The translations under genes were made by a program, and so were the position numbers. 64,000 bases of DNA from an uncultured Candidatus Saccharibacteria bacterium. Its GTDB lineage: Bacteria > Patescibacteriota > Minisyncoccia > Phycocordibacterales > UBA918. Within the stretch, counting starts at the first letter, position 1, and every line of letters begins with the position of its first letter. Below are positions 41,304 to 51,181 of this stretch, piece by piece. Location: positions 62,858 to 126,857 of the forward strand of contig CAYRMI010000002.1 in NCBI GenBank assembly GCA_964425625.1. The letters run 5' to 3'. The notes beneath the pieces were generated by a model. It worked only from the letters and a program-made list of their open reading frames with translations, was not told the origin of the DNA and made no database searches.

Positions 41304-42086
41304 TTAAGAGACAGGACGGATTTCGATGTAGCGTTTTTTCCAGGCGTTTTGGAATTTGGTAACGCTAATATTACCGTTACCATTTGGCTCTGCTGGGTCA
41401 TTGTAATAAACTGCCTCGTTCTCAATACTAGTAACAACTACTAAGTGGGGAATGGGGTTGGTGGGTTCAAAAGTGTAATGGACCGATACCATAACCGGAC
41501 CCTCTGCAACAGCTTCTTCTAGAGTGGCAAAAGCCTCTTTCATAGTAAGATGAGCTAGGCCATGACTGGCTCCAGTTAGACCATAATTTTTGGCAAGACT
41601 TATCAAACCGGCATGTGACCAACCCGCGCTGTCTACATAAGCTCCGGCGTTGATACCTTCATTGAGTAGGGTATCGATACTGACGGCCGGTTTGTAGTAA
41701 TCGATTAGCATACCCAAGCTGGCAATACCACAGCCAACCTTCTGCCAACTAGTTTTTGAAATGTCTGTAAACTGTGAATAGAAAGGAACGGACCGAACGA
41801 TGGCAGAACTATGTGAGGTAGGAACTGCTTTAGTGGCGCTTTTATTTTTCGTGGCTTCACTTGATTCTTTCTTCTCTTCTTCATCAGCCTGTTTTTTAAT
41901 TTTAATACGGTCAAACTTTTCGTATTGTGGTAGGTCTAGTAGGGAGACGGCGGTAAGAGAAGGCAAGGGAGGGGTGATAGTTTTGGTTGCCGGCGAGGTT
42001 TTGGTTCGCGCAAAGACAGAAGAGTACGCTACCAAAGAGAGCGTACTTAATAACATAAAACCAAGAACAATTGTTTTCTGTGACAA
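41304..42086 (-). CDS. secreted C39-like cysteine peptidase
   Basis: Signal peptide; VPFYSQ...GCGIASLGM...PHLVVV...YYNDP. TTG start with AGGAG SD. Confidence 0.85.
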   Translation of the reverse strand: MSQKTIVLGFMLLSTLSLVAYSSVFARTKTSPATKTITPPLPSLTAVSLLDLPQYEKFDRIKIKKQADEEEKKESSEATKNKSATKAVPTSHSSAIVRSVPFYSQFTDISKTSWQKVGCGIASLGMLIDYYKPAVSIDTLLNEGINAGAYVDSAGWSHAGLISLAKNYGLTGASHGLAHLTMKEAFATLEEAVAEGPVMVSVHYTFEPTNPIPHLVVVTSIENEAVYYNDPAEPNGNGNISVTKFQNAWKKRYIEIRPVS

Positions 42087-42146
42087 AGTTCTCCTATTTT
42101 ACCCTAGATAGATTATTGACACAATATCTAATCCGTGGCTCTGTAG

Positions 42147-43067
42147 CTAGCTTTTCACTTCCACTCTGGTTCCTAGGTCTGTCCAGTAGTAGAGTTTTTT
42201 GGCATCATTGGGTGATAAGTTGACGCAGCCGTGTGAGTATCTAGTACCAAAGCTATCGTGCCAATAAGCACCATGAATAACCGCTCCTCCATGAGTGAAG
42301 TACAAATTCCATGGTACACCCGGTAGATCATAAACTTGCTTGTCAGTTAAGTTGGGGAGCGGTCCTTGCATGTAGCGACTGGGCGTTTTTTTGAAGACAG
42401 AAAAGGTACCATTGGGAGTGGGAGTTAGTTCTAGTCCAGTGGAGATGGGTATTTCCATATAAACTAGATCATCTTCGTAAGCTGTCAGGGTTTGCTCTGA
42501 TTTGTCTACAACTATTTTTTTAAGTGAAGTAGTAGAATATTCATCTTCCCAGATGGTCAGGTCACCTTCGTCGTAGAGTATTTCTACTAAATCTGCTGAG
42601 ACATACCAGTCACTTTTGACTCTGTCTGGGTAGCGCAACCACTCATCAAAGACAATCTGGTACCATTCGGTCTTATCCTCACGAGTTACTTTGCCACCAA
42701 CTTTGAGGATAATGCCATTGCGCAACTTAGTGGCTACGTCAAATTCCGTACCGGGACCAGTTCTTACTAAGACACACTCGCCTTCGTAGTGGGGACCACA
42801 ACTGTCAGTTATCTCGACGTATTCAAAGAGTAGGTCCTCTACTTCGAGTATTGGATCTTCGTCGACCGAAAGTTCAGGAGGGATAATAAATACTTCCTTG
42901 GCTTGCAAAAATGGTCTAGTGAAAAAGTCCAAAGTCTCGGGACTGATTGGGTCATAATCTTGTGGTTTGTTTTGCATAAGAAAACGAGACAAAATAATGG
43001 TCAGTATAACGATAACCAGCGAAAGCGTTCCGACAATAATATAGTGTCTTTTACGTGATACAGTCAT
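42147..43067 (-). CDS. L,D-transpeptidase (YkuD) with N-terminal TM and SH3-like domain
   Basis: IHGAYWH...SHGCVNL catalytic motif; VRTGPGTEF SH3b-like segment. Confidence 0.9.
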   Translation of the reverse strand: MTVSRKRHYIIVGTLSLVIVILTIILSRFLMQNKPQDYDPISPETLDFFTRPFLQAKEVFIIPPELSVDEDPILEVEDLLFEYVEITDSCGPHYEGECVLVRTGPGTEFDVATKLRNGIILKVGGKVTREDKTEWYQIVFDEWLRYPDRVKSDWYVSADLVEILYDEGDLTIWEDEYSTTSLKKIVVDKSEQTLTAYEDDLVYMEIPISTGLELTPTPNGTFSVFKKTPSRYMQGPLPNLTDKQVYDLPGVPWNLYFTHGGAVIHGAYWHDSFGTRYSHGCVNLSPNDAKKLYYWTDLGTRVEVKS

Positions 43068-43127
43068 AACATTAAGTATATGCCTATAATCTTAAATGAC
43101 TAACCAATAGGAAGACAATACTAATGG

Positions 43128-46055
43128 TCACTCCGTAAAGGCGTTTGCCGAGAAAGGTGTTAGTAGTAATTGCAGAGAGATTAGAAATGGGCGTTTTTTG
43201 GGTAATATTTTCCCTATCGGGTTGGTTGAATTCGGGACTGTCACTTGTTTGATACTTGGAGTATCGCTTAGTTTAACTGGTTCCTCTAGTAGTGAGATTA
43301 TCACGTCTCTATTATTGGATGGAAGACGGTGGTCAATATCAGTCGGGGAGCTATCTAGTCCAGTAAATTTCTTGAATTCTACCATTTCTTCAATCTGATC
43401 TATGGTTAGTGGAAAATCACTTGTCGTGCCACAATATATATCATTAATTTTCTTCTGAGTGGTGTAATAAACAACTCCAGAGTCACGTTTGAGCCCCCAA
43501 GGATACAGTACTTCACTGGCGTAAAGTTGTTGGAAATCTCGGACGGCGATTTCAGTCTGAAGATCGAAGTTTCCGGTGACGACCAAATTGCTACCGAGGT
43601 GAGCTTTTAGAAAAGCCTGCAATTTTTTTACTTCCTCTACATCATTGGCTTGACCATACTTCATGTAGGTGGTTAGGTAGGGAGTACAATAGCTGGTCAT
43701 AGCACCGAGGACAGCGGGAGTTATCTCTCCAATACTAATAGTATGAGTGGAACTTTTTGAGGTGTAGGCCTTTCCTTTGGTAACAGAATCGTAGCCAGAA
43801 AAGCCAGTTACCTCAGCCGTATTTTTGTATTCACCAAAAGTAGCGTCTTGGGCAAATTCCATAGTATAAGTGAGGGTGATACTTTCCTTAGGACGGATAG
43901 TTCCCAGGTCCCAGTACTGCTCGCTACTAGTGGTCCCATTGGCATTGGCTAGACGGTCACGAACTAGTGCTTTGTAGAGAGGTCCGCCTTTGTTGGTGAC
44001 AGTGATTGTATAGTCGACTAAGCCACCGGGATTTGCGGCCTTGACGTTGGCAGTTTTTATTACTTCTAGGTTGGGTAAAGTGGTGTGGCCACGTGATTTA
44101 CCACCACCTACTGGTTTGCCAGCAAAAATTGATAGTAATTCAGTATTGTCAGCTTCATTGGCGTCTGGTTCGAATGATGAAACTACCGCTTGGCTGATGA
44201 TTTCGTGTTTTCCTAATCCTAATTGCTCACTTACTTTGGTTCTGATACTAACTTCCTTTGTCTCATGGGGGGCAATATTACCCAAATTCCAGTTACCGTA
44301 TTTTCCTCTAGTATCATTAAGAATTTCCTCTGGGGCAGAAAGGTAAACAGATTGATTTTCAGGTAGGAAATGATTGAGTTTTACGTCGGTAGCGGTTGCA
44401 TCACCATGGTTGGTGATAGTATAAGTATATTCAACTTCTGAACCAGGTAAGATGGGGTTTTGTAATGAAGTTGCTTTACCACCAAGCCACAGGTCAGGCT
44501 GTCCGAAGGCGATGTTACCACTCCAATCGCCAAAGATATCAAATACCAACAGGGCCCAATTTTGTCCTAAAATATTGGTGTTGGCTACGTTTGTTATATT
44601 TGTGGCAGAGTAGGCGTCGCCGGTTTTTATGAGGCCATTTTCGCCGGCTTTGTTGTCGCCGGTGAGGGCGTAGACAGAAACGTTATTTTTGACATTTGCC
44701 TGGTTGTTATTGTTGATTTCATTACGGTTACTAGAAATGAAATTTTGCTGTGAATTCGTGTTGTACAGGGTTATTCCATGTTCGGTTTCGGTCCAGGCAA
44801 TGCCTTCCGGTAGGCCTAAGATGTCGCCACTCCAATCGCCATGGACGCGTAGCACCAAAAGAAAATCATTGTCACCAAATAGATTGGTGTTTACTATATT
44901 ACTGACACTACTATCCGCGTAAGTATCTCCGGTATAAATAGCCCCGCTCGTCAATTCGTTTGCTCCAGTTTCTGACTCTGTGGTGAGTACGTTTTCGATC
45001 GTAGCTGAATTAGTAGCGCTACTGTTAAAATTTTGGAGAGATGAACCATTAGCACTGAAAAGACTATTTAGTAACTCTGCTCCCGGGAGGACTATATCTT
45101 CTGTATAGTCGCCAAAATTATTGAAAGCCAATAGTAGATAGTTACTATCAGTGATATTGGTGTTGGCGATATTTAGGAGGTTAGCGACAGCATAAGCATC
45201 ACCAGTATCTATCATACCACTACCAATTTCATTAGCACCAGTTTGGGCTCTAACGATTATTTCGTTGGTAATACTAGCTTCGTTGGTCGTATTTATGTAA
45301 GTAGTTTTGCCCTCCCCAGAACAGATTGAAGGAGCACAAGCGACGGTAGATTCTGATGTTTGGGTGTCAGTGAAAACATTAAAGGCCTCTCGAAGGTCAA
45401 GAGGATTAACACCTAAAACTTCATTAAAAAATCCAATTAAACCGGTGGAATTAAAAATATTGGTATTTACTACGTTGACAATATTGGCGTAGGCAATTGC
45501 GTCGCCGGTGAGGATAACTGAACTCGTACCTGAAGCTTCATTGTCTCCGGTCTCAGCTATTACCTCTATGATGTTTGAAACAATCGCGGTGTTGGTGGTA
45601 GTAGAGATGATGGTCGGGTCAGTTATAGTTTGTGGGTTTTGAATGTCTGGAGAAAGAGTATGTGATAACTCTATTATTTCGTCACTAGGCAAATTTTCAT
45701 TGGAGGTCTCCTCGGTGGCTTTGTCTAACGAAACATCAACCACTACCTCGCTAACTCCATCTGTAGTGTCGATAGGTTCTGCTGTTGGGTTTGGTAAATT
45801 AGTAGCTTCGTTGAGGTTGATTGTTGTGTTTATTTCAGCTCCTGCTATCGCTTCACCTGTCTCTAGTACAGTGAGGGTTTCTGACGGTTCCATAACTGTG
45901 AGATTGATGGGATTTGTCACTTCTTGGTCAGTAATTATTTCTGTATTGGCTAGTATTGGAGAGAGGGGAGTTAGTAAAATGGCCATAATCACGAAAACGG
46001 CAAGAATTGTGAATGGAACACGATGGTTATGATGCTTTGTTGAGTAGTAATACAT
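43128..46055 (-). CDS. large secreted protein: four TGxN/TGDA repeats, two DUF11-like Ig domains, peptidoglycan-binding-like domain
   Basis: Signal peptide; repeats N.A...N......TGxN...I.TGDA....N..NTN; PGSEVEYTYTITNHG and PGGLVDYTITVTNKG; EVKKLQAFL...TG.FD..T..AVRDFQ. Confidence 0.8.
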   Translation of the reverse strand: MYYYSTKHHNHRVPFTILAVFVIMAILLTPLSPILANTEIITDQEVTNPINLTVMEPSETLTVLETGEAIAGAEINTTINLNEATNLPNPTAEPIDTTDGVSEVVVDVSLDKATEETSNENLPSDEIIELSHTLSPDIQNPQTITDPTIISTTTNTAIVSNIIEVIAETGDNEASGTSSVILTGDAIAYANIVNVVNTNIFNSTGLIGFFNEVLGVNPLDLREAFNVFTDTQTSESTVACAPSICSGEGKTTYINTTNEASITNEIIVRAQTGANEIGSGMIDTGDAYAVANLLNIANTNITDSNYLLLAFNNFGDYTEDIVLPGAELLNSLFSANGSSLQNFNSSATNSATIENVLTTESETGANELTSGAIYTGDTYADSSVSNIVNTNLFGDNDFLLVLRVHGDWSGDILGLPEGIAWTETEHGITLYNTNSQQNFISSNRNEINNNNQANVKNNVSVYALTGDNKAGENGLIKTGDAYSATNITNVANTNILGQNWALLVFDIFGDWSGNIAFGQPDLWLGGKATSLQNPILPGSEVEYTYTITNHGDATATDVKLNHFLPENQSVYLSAPEEILNDTRGKYGNWNLGNIAPHETKEVSIRTKVSEQLGLGKHEIISQAVVSSFEPDANEADNTELLSIFAGKPVGGGKSRGHTTLPNLEVIKTANVKAANPGGLVDYTITVTNKGGPLYKALVRDRLANANGTTSSEQYWDLGTIRPKESITLTYTMEFAQDATFGEYKNTAEVTGFSGYDSVTKGKAYTSKSSTHTISIGEITPAVLGAMTSYCTPYLTTYMKYGQANDVEEVKKLQAFLKAHLGSNLVVTGNFDLQTEIAVRDFQQLYASEVLYPWGLKRDSGVVYYTTQKKINDIYCGTTSDFPLTIDQIEEMVEFKKFTGLDSSPTDIDHRLPSNNRDVIISLLEEPVKLSDTPSIKQVTVPNSTNPIGKILPKKRPFLISLQLLLTPFSANAFTE

Positions 46056-46410
46056 AATATTGGATTAGAACATTAAGCCTCTCAATCATCAGGAGTAGCT
46101 CGGCATTAGATTTTTGTGAAAGAGAAGTAGTGCCAACTGTCTGTGAGCGAGTATTTTCTTCTATCTTGGTGATTACTTGTAAGGTATTGGTACCAGAAGT
46201 TTCATAGTGACTATTTTCTTTTACCACTCCATCAATAATCGTTTTGGTGGTGATATTGGCTAAACCACTACTGTCACTTGATACAGATACGGAATTATAG
46301 ATGGCTGTTTCTTTGGCCGTAACTAATCTTGGTGCCAAAAAATAAACCATTAATAACACTAGTAGTAAAAAGATGATTAATTTTTTGCTATTTATAGTTA
46401 GGTTAATCAT
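46027..46410 (-). CDS. secreted or membrane-anchored hypothetical protein
   Basis: N-terminal hydrophobic segment; IYNSVSVSSDSSG resembles a half repeat; overlaps the start of the large repeat gene. Confidence 0.6.
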   Translation of the reverse strand: MINLTINSKKLIIFLLLVLLMVYFLAPRLVTAKETAIYNSVSVSSDSSGLANITTKTIIDGVVKENSHYETSGTNTLQVITKIEENTRSQTVGTTSLSQKSNAELLLMIERLNVLIQYYVLLLNKAS

Positions 46411-46508
46411 ATGTCACTTTGGATTACCTTCTGGTAAGGCTTCAAGAAAATACTTAAGGCCTTACATGAAGGGGGGATTTTGGATAAATCCCCAGCCTTC
46501 AAAAAGAA

Positions 46509-47306
46509 CTAGCGAACAATTCGAGTAACGGTTCGGTTTACCACATTTACTACTTCACTACCTGAAGTAGTATTCCCTGTGTAGATTTCTCCACCTACAC
46601 CACCATTACCACCATTTCCGCCATTACCTCCCTGATTGGTATCGTTAGCTGGTGTCCAGAATGAGAAGTAATACGGCATCATCATGCGTGGTGTATGGCG
46701 ACCGTCTCTCTCTTCTGCCTCGCCACCGTTTCCACCCTCTTCACCGTCACCGCCATCAGCTTCATTGCCACCAGTCATCGCTTCAGTCTCTACTTCATTC
46801 ATGATAGTGGCACTGTTCTCTAGGCGAACTCGGATATCATTGTCATCACCAGCGGTAGTTCTTCTAGTGAACATGTCCATAAATGAAGGTCGAGCATCTT
46901 CTTCGCAACCACAAGAGTCAGTGATATGAGTTCTGACCGTGTTGACGGTATTTGTCACAGAAGATAGAGCTACAGCATCCCCAGTGTCGATTAGACCACC
47001 CAAGGCGCCATTTCCGCCATTACCACCATTACCTCCGGTGTTGTCGCCGGTGCCTTCGGCTTCGCCACCATTTCCACCTTCCTCACCATCACCACCAGTG
47101 GCCTCATTGCCTCCAGTCTTAGCCTCAGTCTCTACCACGTTTGTGACGGTGGCAGAGTTTGAAACAGAAACCCTAATGTCATTATCGTCACCAGCAGATC
47201 GAGGTGACCAATAGGCTGAAGCTGGCATAGCCAAAGCTAGGGAAGCGATGATGGCTAATAAAGCAGTTGCAAAAGCAACTAGACCAGACTGTGTTTTTGT
47301 ATACAT
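46509..47306 (-). CDS. secreted Gly/Asn-rich protein made of two TGGN/TGDA repeats
   Basis: Signal peptide (PASA); two copies of AGDDNDIRV...NSAT..N.VETEA.TGGNEA.GGDGEEGGNGGEAE...GGNGGNGGNG..GG.I.TG. Confidence 0.85.
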   Translation of the reverse strand: MYTKTQSGLVAFATALLAIIASLALAMPASAYWSPRSAGDDNDIRVSVSNSATVTNVVETEAKTGGNEATGGDGEEGGNGGEAEGTGDNTGGNGGNGGNGALGGLIDTGDAVALSSVTNTVNTVRTHITDSCGCEEDARPSFMDMFTRRTTAGDDNDIRVRLENSATIMNEVETEAMTGGNEADGGDGEEGGNGGEAEERDGRHTPRMMMPYYFSFWTPANDTNQGGNGGNGGNGGVGGEIYTGNTTSGSEVVNVVNRTVTRIVR

Positions 47307-47749
47307 AAGATTAGTAAGTCAAATTAATAAACTAATAAGTTAATAAATAATTTTGATACTAGTAAATGCTCCCTCTAAATTGAGGTCACATAACCATGTC
47401 TCGTGGACTAGGCTACTTTATTAAGTCCACATAGAAGTTGGCGAAATTTGATTCTTCAACTTATATGTAAATTTGATAGAAGAAGTCGAGTAAGGATAAT
47501 TATTTATAAATATTTTAGGATCGGAGAAACAAAAAACTCCGCCGTTTAAAGCGCCAGTGAGTTAGTATTTGATATTTAGTTATAAGAGAGACACACAACA
47601 TAAAGTTCCTATGTTTGGTCTCCCCGTCCAAACATTACAGATATATTAATTTTATACCTCGTATCTATGGTGTCAATAAATTTTGTATAATCGAACACAC
47701 CAAGGTACGTCAGGTCAATAGCAAAGAGAAAAATAGTCAGCAAAAAACG

Positions 47750-47823
47750 CTTTGTTTTAGGTCGGCTGTATCGGGGAAACACTGCCATTAATGGCAGTGG
47801 TGATAAACCGACCTAAAACAAAG
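47750..47823. repeat. nested inverted repeat
   Basis: 16-bp perfect IR ctttgttttaggtcgg/ccgacctaaaacaaag enclosing the perfect 20-bp palindrome cactgccattaatggcagtg. Confidence 0.75.
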
Positions 47824-47924
47824 TAATTTTTAGACAAAGAAAGGCAGGTCAAGAATGACCTGCTGGTTAACTACGCTAATTTATATAGGTATATCAAAAA
47901 AAACGCAAGTAAGTTAAGAGTGGG

Positions 47925-48089
47925 TTAACGGGTCAGCTTAAAACCAATCCAAATTCCTATCAGGGCGCCAATGGCATTACCAAAGATGGTAGCAAAAGAA
48001 AAACCAGCGCTATCCCAAAGCATCGGTATATAACCACCAACAAATCCTCCTACTACCATCATTATCCAGATTGTTCGCTTAGAATCCAT
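47925..48089 (-). CDS. 54-aa Gly-rich two-TM small protein (not in the ORF track)
   Basis: MDSKRTIWIMMVVGGFVGGYIPMLWDSAGFSFATIFGNAIGALIGIWIGFKLTR*; TATAAT just upstream. Confidence 0.7.
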   Translation of the reverse strand: MDSKRTIWIMMVVGGFVGGYIPMLWDSAGFSFATIFGNAIGALIGIWIGFKLTR

Positions 48090-48137
48090 GTGTCTATTAT
48101 ACACCCAAGTTTAGACTGGGTTTGCTAGAATGGAGTC

Positions 48138-48797
48138 ATGTCATATGCGACCAAACAAAATGAACCATTAAGTGCCTTGACCCACCTGATTGGGGCGCTG
48201 TTGGCCGTGGCTGGATTAGTTCTGCTTATAATTTTTGCAGCCATACATGGTACGGCTATGCATGTGGTTACATTTACTATTTTTGGGGCGATGATGCTAC
48301 TCCTTTATACGGTAAGTACTATCTATCATTTTGTATGTATTACTAAAGTAAGAACCAAAAGAGTATTTCAAATTCTTGATCACTCGGCCGTTTATTTTTT
48401 AATCGCCGGCACCTATACGCCAGTGGCTCTGATTGTCCTTCCGTCGGGCTGGGGTTGGACCATCTTTGGATTGATTTGGACTTGTGCCATAGTTGGTACT
48501 GTAATAAAAGCGGCCCAGATTAGGTTAGCCCCATGGGCTTCAGTGCTATTGTATCTAGTAATGGGGTGGTTGATTATTGTCGCTTTTGCACCTTTGACTA
48601 AAGTTTTACCGACAGCGGCAACCATTTGGCTAGTACTGGGAGGGGTTTTCTATACTATCGGAACTTTCTTTTTTGCAATTGATACTAAAGTACCACGGAC
48701 CAGGTGGTTTGGGATGCATGAAATTTTTCACATTTTCGTTATGTTAGGAAGCTTTGCTCACTTTTGGCTGGTTTTTAAATATGTAACTTATATATAA
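48138..48797 (+). CDS. hemolysin III / PAQR family membrane protein
   Basis: SALTH, STIYH, LDHSAVYFLIAGTYTP, HEIFHIFV. Confidence 0.92.
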   Translation: MSYATKQNEPLSALTHLIGALLAVAGLVLLIIFAAIHGTAMHVVTFTIFGAMMLLLYTVSTIYHFVCITKVRTKRVFQILDHSAVYFLIAGTYTPVALIVLPSGWGWTIFGLIWTCAIVGTVIKAAQIRLAPWASVLLYLVMGWLIIVAFAPLTKVLPTAATIWLVLGGVFYTIGTFFFAIDTKVPRTRWFGMHEIFHIFVMLGSFAHFWLVFKYVTYI

Positions 48798-49738
48798 TGA
48801 CTAACAACTCCAATCTAGACATTACCGCGAATTTTAAAAATAGTATTTCTACTCAGTCCCTTATAGTGGTGATTGGAGCGAGTGGTTTTGTCGGTAATAA
48901 CTTGGTTTCTGAGTTACTGGCCAAGACTTCATACCAGATAAGAGCCGTGGCGCGCGACATACGAAAGCTAGAGCGGGTTCATCCGCGACTGGAAGTTAAA
49001 TCTGGGGATGTAACTTCGGGTGAGTCTATGCGGGAGTGTCTTAAAGGGGCAACGACAGTATTTTTTTTGGTTCATAAACTAGAGAGTCGGGCCGGAGATT
49101 TGTATAGCAATGAAGAAAAAATAGCGACGGAGTTTTGTCTAGTAGCGAAGGAAGTTGGCGTGAGACGAGTTATCTACCTAAGTGGCCTAGGTCAAGACGA
49201 TGATAAATTATCAAAACACTTGGCTAGTCGTCATAACACTGGTGATATATTAAGGCGACACGTCCATGAAGTGATTGAGTTTCGGGCTAGCATTATTGTT
49301 GGGAAGGGAAGTATCTCGTTTGAGATAATCAGGCATCTAATAAGCAAATTACTGATTTTAATCTTGCCTAAATATGCCAAGACCTTAACCCAACCAATCG
49401 TCATAAGTGATGTCATTCAGTATTTACTCGCTAGTATTGAGGTACCTCTCAGCCAATCTGAGGTAGTAGAGATTGGTGGTCCAGATAAAATGACCTACCA
49501 AGAATTGTTGAGAAAATACGCTAATTTTCTAGGTAAAAGGCGCTTGATTGTCTGTTTTCCGCTTATACCACTGTGGTTGGCTAGTTGGTTTTTGTACTTA
49601 CTAACCCCCAAGCAGATAGCTCAAGTGGGCAGGAATATGGTGGAAAGTTTTCAAAATGAGATGGTTGTTACTAACCAAAAAGCGCAAGAGCTGTTCCCTG
49701 AGATAACTCCAGAAGCAGTAGGAAAGTCTTTTTTGTAA
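48797..49738 (+). CDS. atypical SDR NAD(P)-binding protein (YbjT-like)
   Basis: IGASGFVG, IYLSGLG, SKHLASR, FRASIIVG.GS.SFE. Confidence 0.85.
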   Translation: MTNNSNLDITANFKNSISTQSLIVVIGASGFVGNNLVSELLAKTSYQIRAVARDIRKLERVHPRLEVKSGDVTSGESMRECLKGATTVFFLVHKLESRAGDLYSNEEKIATEFCLVAKEVGVRRVIYLSGLGQDDDKLSKHLASRHNTGDILRRHVHEVIEFRASIIVGKGSISFEIIRHLISKLLILILPKYAKTLTQPIVISDVIQYLLASIEVPLSQSEVVEIGGPDKMTYQELLRKYANFLGKRRLIVCFPLIPLWLASWFLYLLTPKQIAQVGRNMVESFQNEMVVTNQKAQELFPEITPEAVGKSFL

Positions 49739-49831
49739 TGGTTCCGATTTAGTTTGTCATCCTTGCCTTTTCTGGTATATTTAATTTTGGAAGAGTCGAT
49801 TAATTTCTATCAACCGACGGAGGTTTAAACG

Positions 49832-50437
49832 ATGAAGATTTTACTGTGGTGGTTTGCTCTGTGTTTATTGTTTGGCACAGCCTATGGTGCAGAAGACGGT
49901 GTCAACATAGACAAATGCCAAGAAGGTCAGATATACATCAAAGGGGACGTGGAGATAGTCTCCTTATTGCAAGTGTTTCAAGAAATAAGGGCGTGTACAA
50001 ATAAATTTGGCCAAGCAGTCGTTTACGTACGTGGCAACGGAGGATCTTTGGAGGAAGCTCAGGTCTTTTTTGATCTAATGAGGACCTCTGGGGTAAGTCA
50101 AAAGACTACGTTCGTGGCGACCGGAATGATTGCCTCTGCCTCGAATATCGTTTGGCTGGCAGCGGAAACCAGAATTGTCTTGCCGGGAACACATTTCTTG
50201 CTTCACAAAGCTAGTCTAAGGATGTTTGATGAAGATCAGCAGACTCGTCAGAGTGGCACCAACCATACATTTAAGGTGTCGGTTGATTCGGTGCATCTGG
50301 CAACAAGTGAGGTAGCAGCTAAGCGCTGGAAGGACATCCTTCGGGGTGATGCCCAAGGGATAGTCCTGAACGCTGACGAGGCGTTGAAGCTCGGGTGGGC
50401 AACGGAAAGGAAAAATTATATCACAGATGTTAAATAA
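49832..50437 (+). CDS. ClpP-fold protease-like protein with signal peptide
   Basis: GNGGSL, GMIASAS, R......FLLH, LNADEALKLGW; N-terminal signal peptide ending AYG; GGAGG SD. Confidence 0.7.
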   Translation: MKILLWWFALCLLFGTAYGAEDGVNIDKCQEGQIYIKGDVEIVSLLQVFQEIRACTNKFGQAVVYVRGNGGSLEEAQVFFDLMRTSGVSQKTTFVATGMIASASNIVWLAAETRIVLPGTHFLLHKASLRMFDEDQQTRQSGTNHTFKVSVDSVHLATSEVAAKRWKDILRGDAQGIVLNADEALKLGWATERKNYITDVK

Positions 50438-50560
50438 CTAGAGAGTCTGATTACCCTGCATGCAAGTGCGGGGTAAACTTAATAAAAAAAGCCCCACTAC
50501 CAGCGAAGGTAGCGGGGCGTTTGGTCTTGACCGAACTTATGCCGACTAAGCATGCAATTC

Positions 50561-51061
50561 CTAGGCGGCCTGAGGCATCGCTTCTTGCTTTGCAGCTTTA
50601 GCCGATGCTTTGGCCGAGAGAATCTCTTTGGCCCCCTCAGTCACCATGAAGTGAAAGTATTCGCGGGTTGTTACTCGGGTTTGCCGGTCGGGGAGTAAGG
50701 TAGTTACCGTCGGCACGATGCCGAGAACCCGACCTGCTACATCAAGCGCAAAGCGTAGTTCCTTGAGCTCGCTATCACTGGCCGAGCTTTGGGCAATCTT
50801 GGCAATTCTGCTCAGCTCAGTCCGAAGTGTCTTATGTTTTCTTCGCATGTCTGAGTTGATTGCTTTGATCCTAGTGTGTTTATAGACTTGCAGAAGCTTC
50901 GCATGGAGACTGGATAGTTTTCCAATTTCCAACAACTCCGCGACCACCTGCAATGTTTCCAAAACAACACCAAATTCGTCCCGACATCCAGTACTTTCGC
51001 TGACAGTGCGTTTGACGTCCCGGGCAAAAATTTTACGCCGGGTAATAACATCTTCAATCAT
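50561..51061 (-). CDS. orphan hypothetical protein
   Basis: 166-aa ORF with AAGGA SD; hairpin gccccactacc...ggtagcggggc downstream. Confidence 0.55.
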   Translation of the reverse strand: MIEDVITRRKIFARDVKRTVSESTGCRDEFGVVLETLQVVAELLEIGKLSSLHAKLLQVYKHTRIKAINSDMRRKHKTLRTELSRIAKIAQSSASDSELKELRFALDVAGRVLGIVPTVTTLLPDRQTRVTTREYFHFMVTEGAKEILSAKASAKAAKQEAMPQAA

Positions 51062-51181
51062 TTCGCTTTTCCTTGGTCGTTTAGGCTAGGGGAGATAAAT
51101 AGCTTCAGAAATGGTTTAGAAAACCCGCCTAACAGCTCAGGGCGAGTGTTTCTTATGGCGGGGTCTTGGTGAGGTGGAAGT

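Noticed and set aside
46509-47306. Collagen-like or PE-PGRS protein
   Set aside because: The GGN runs are short linkers inside a larger beta-type repeat; there is no long Gly-X-Y tract and no PE domain.
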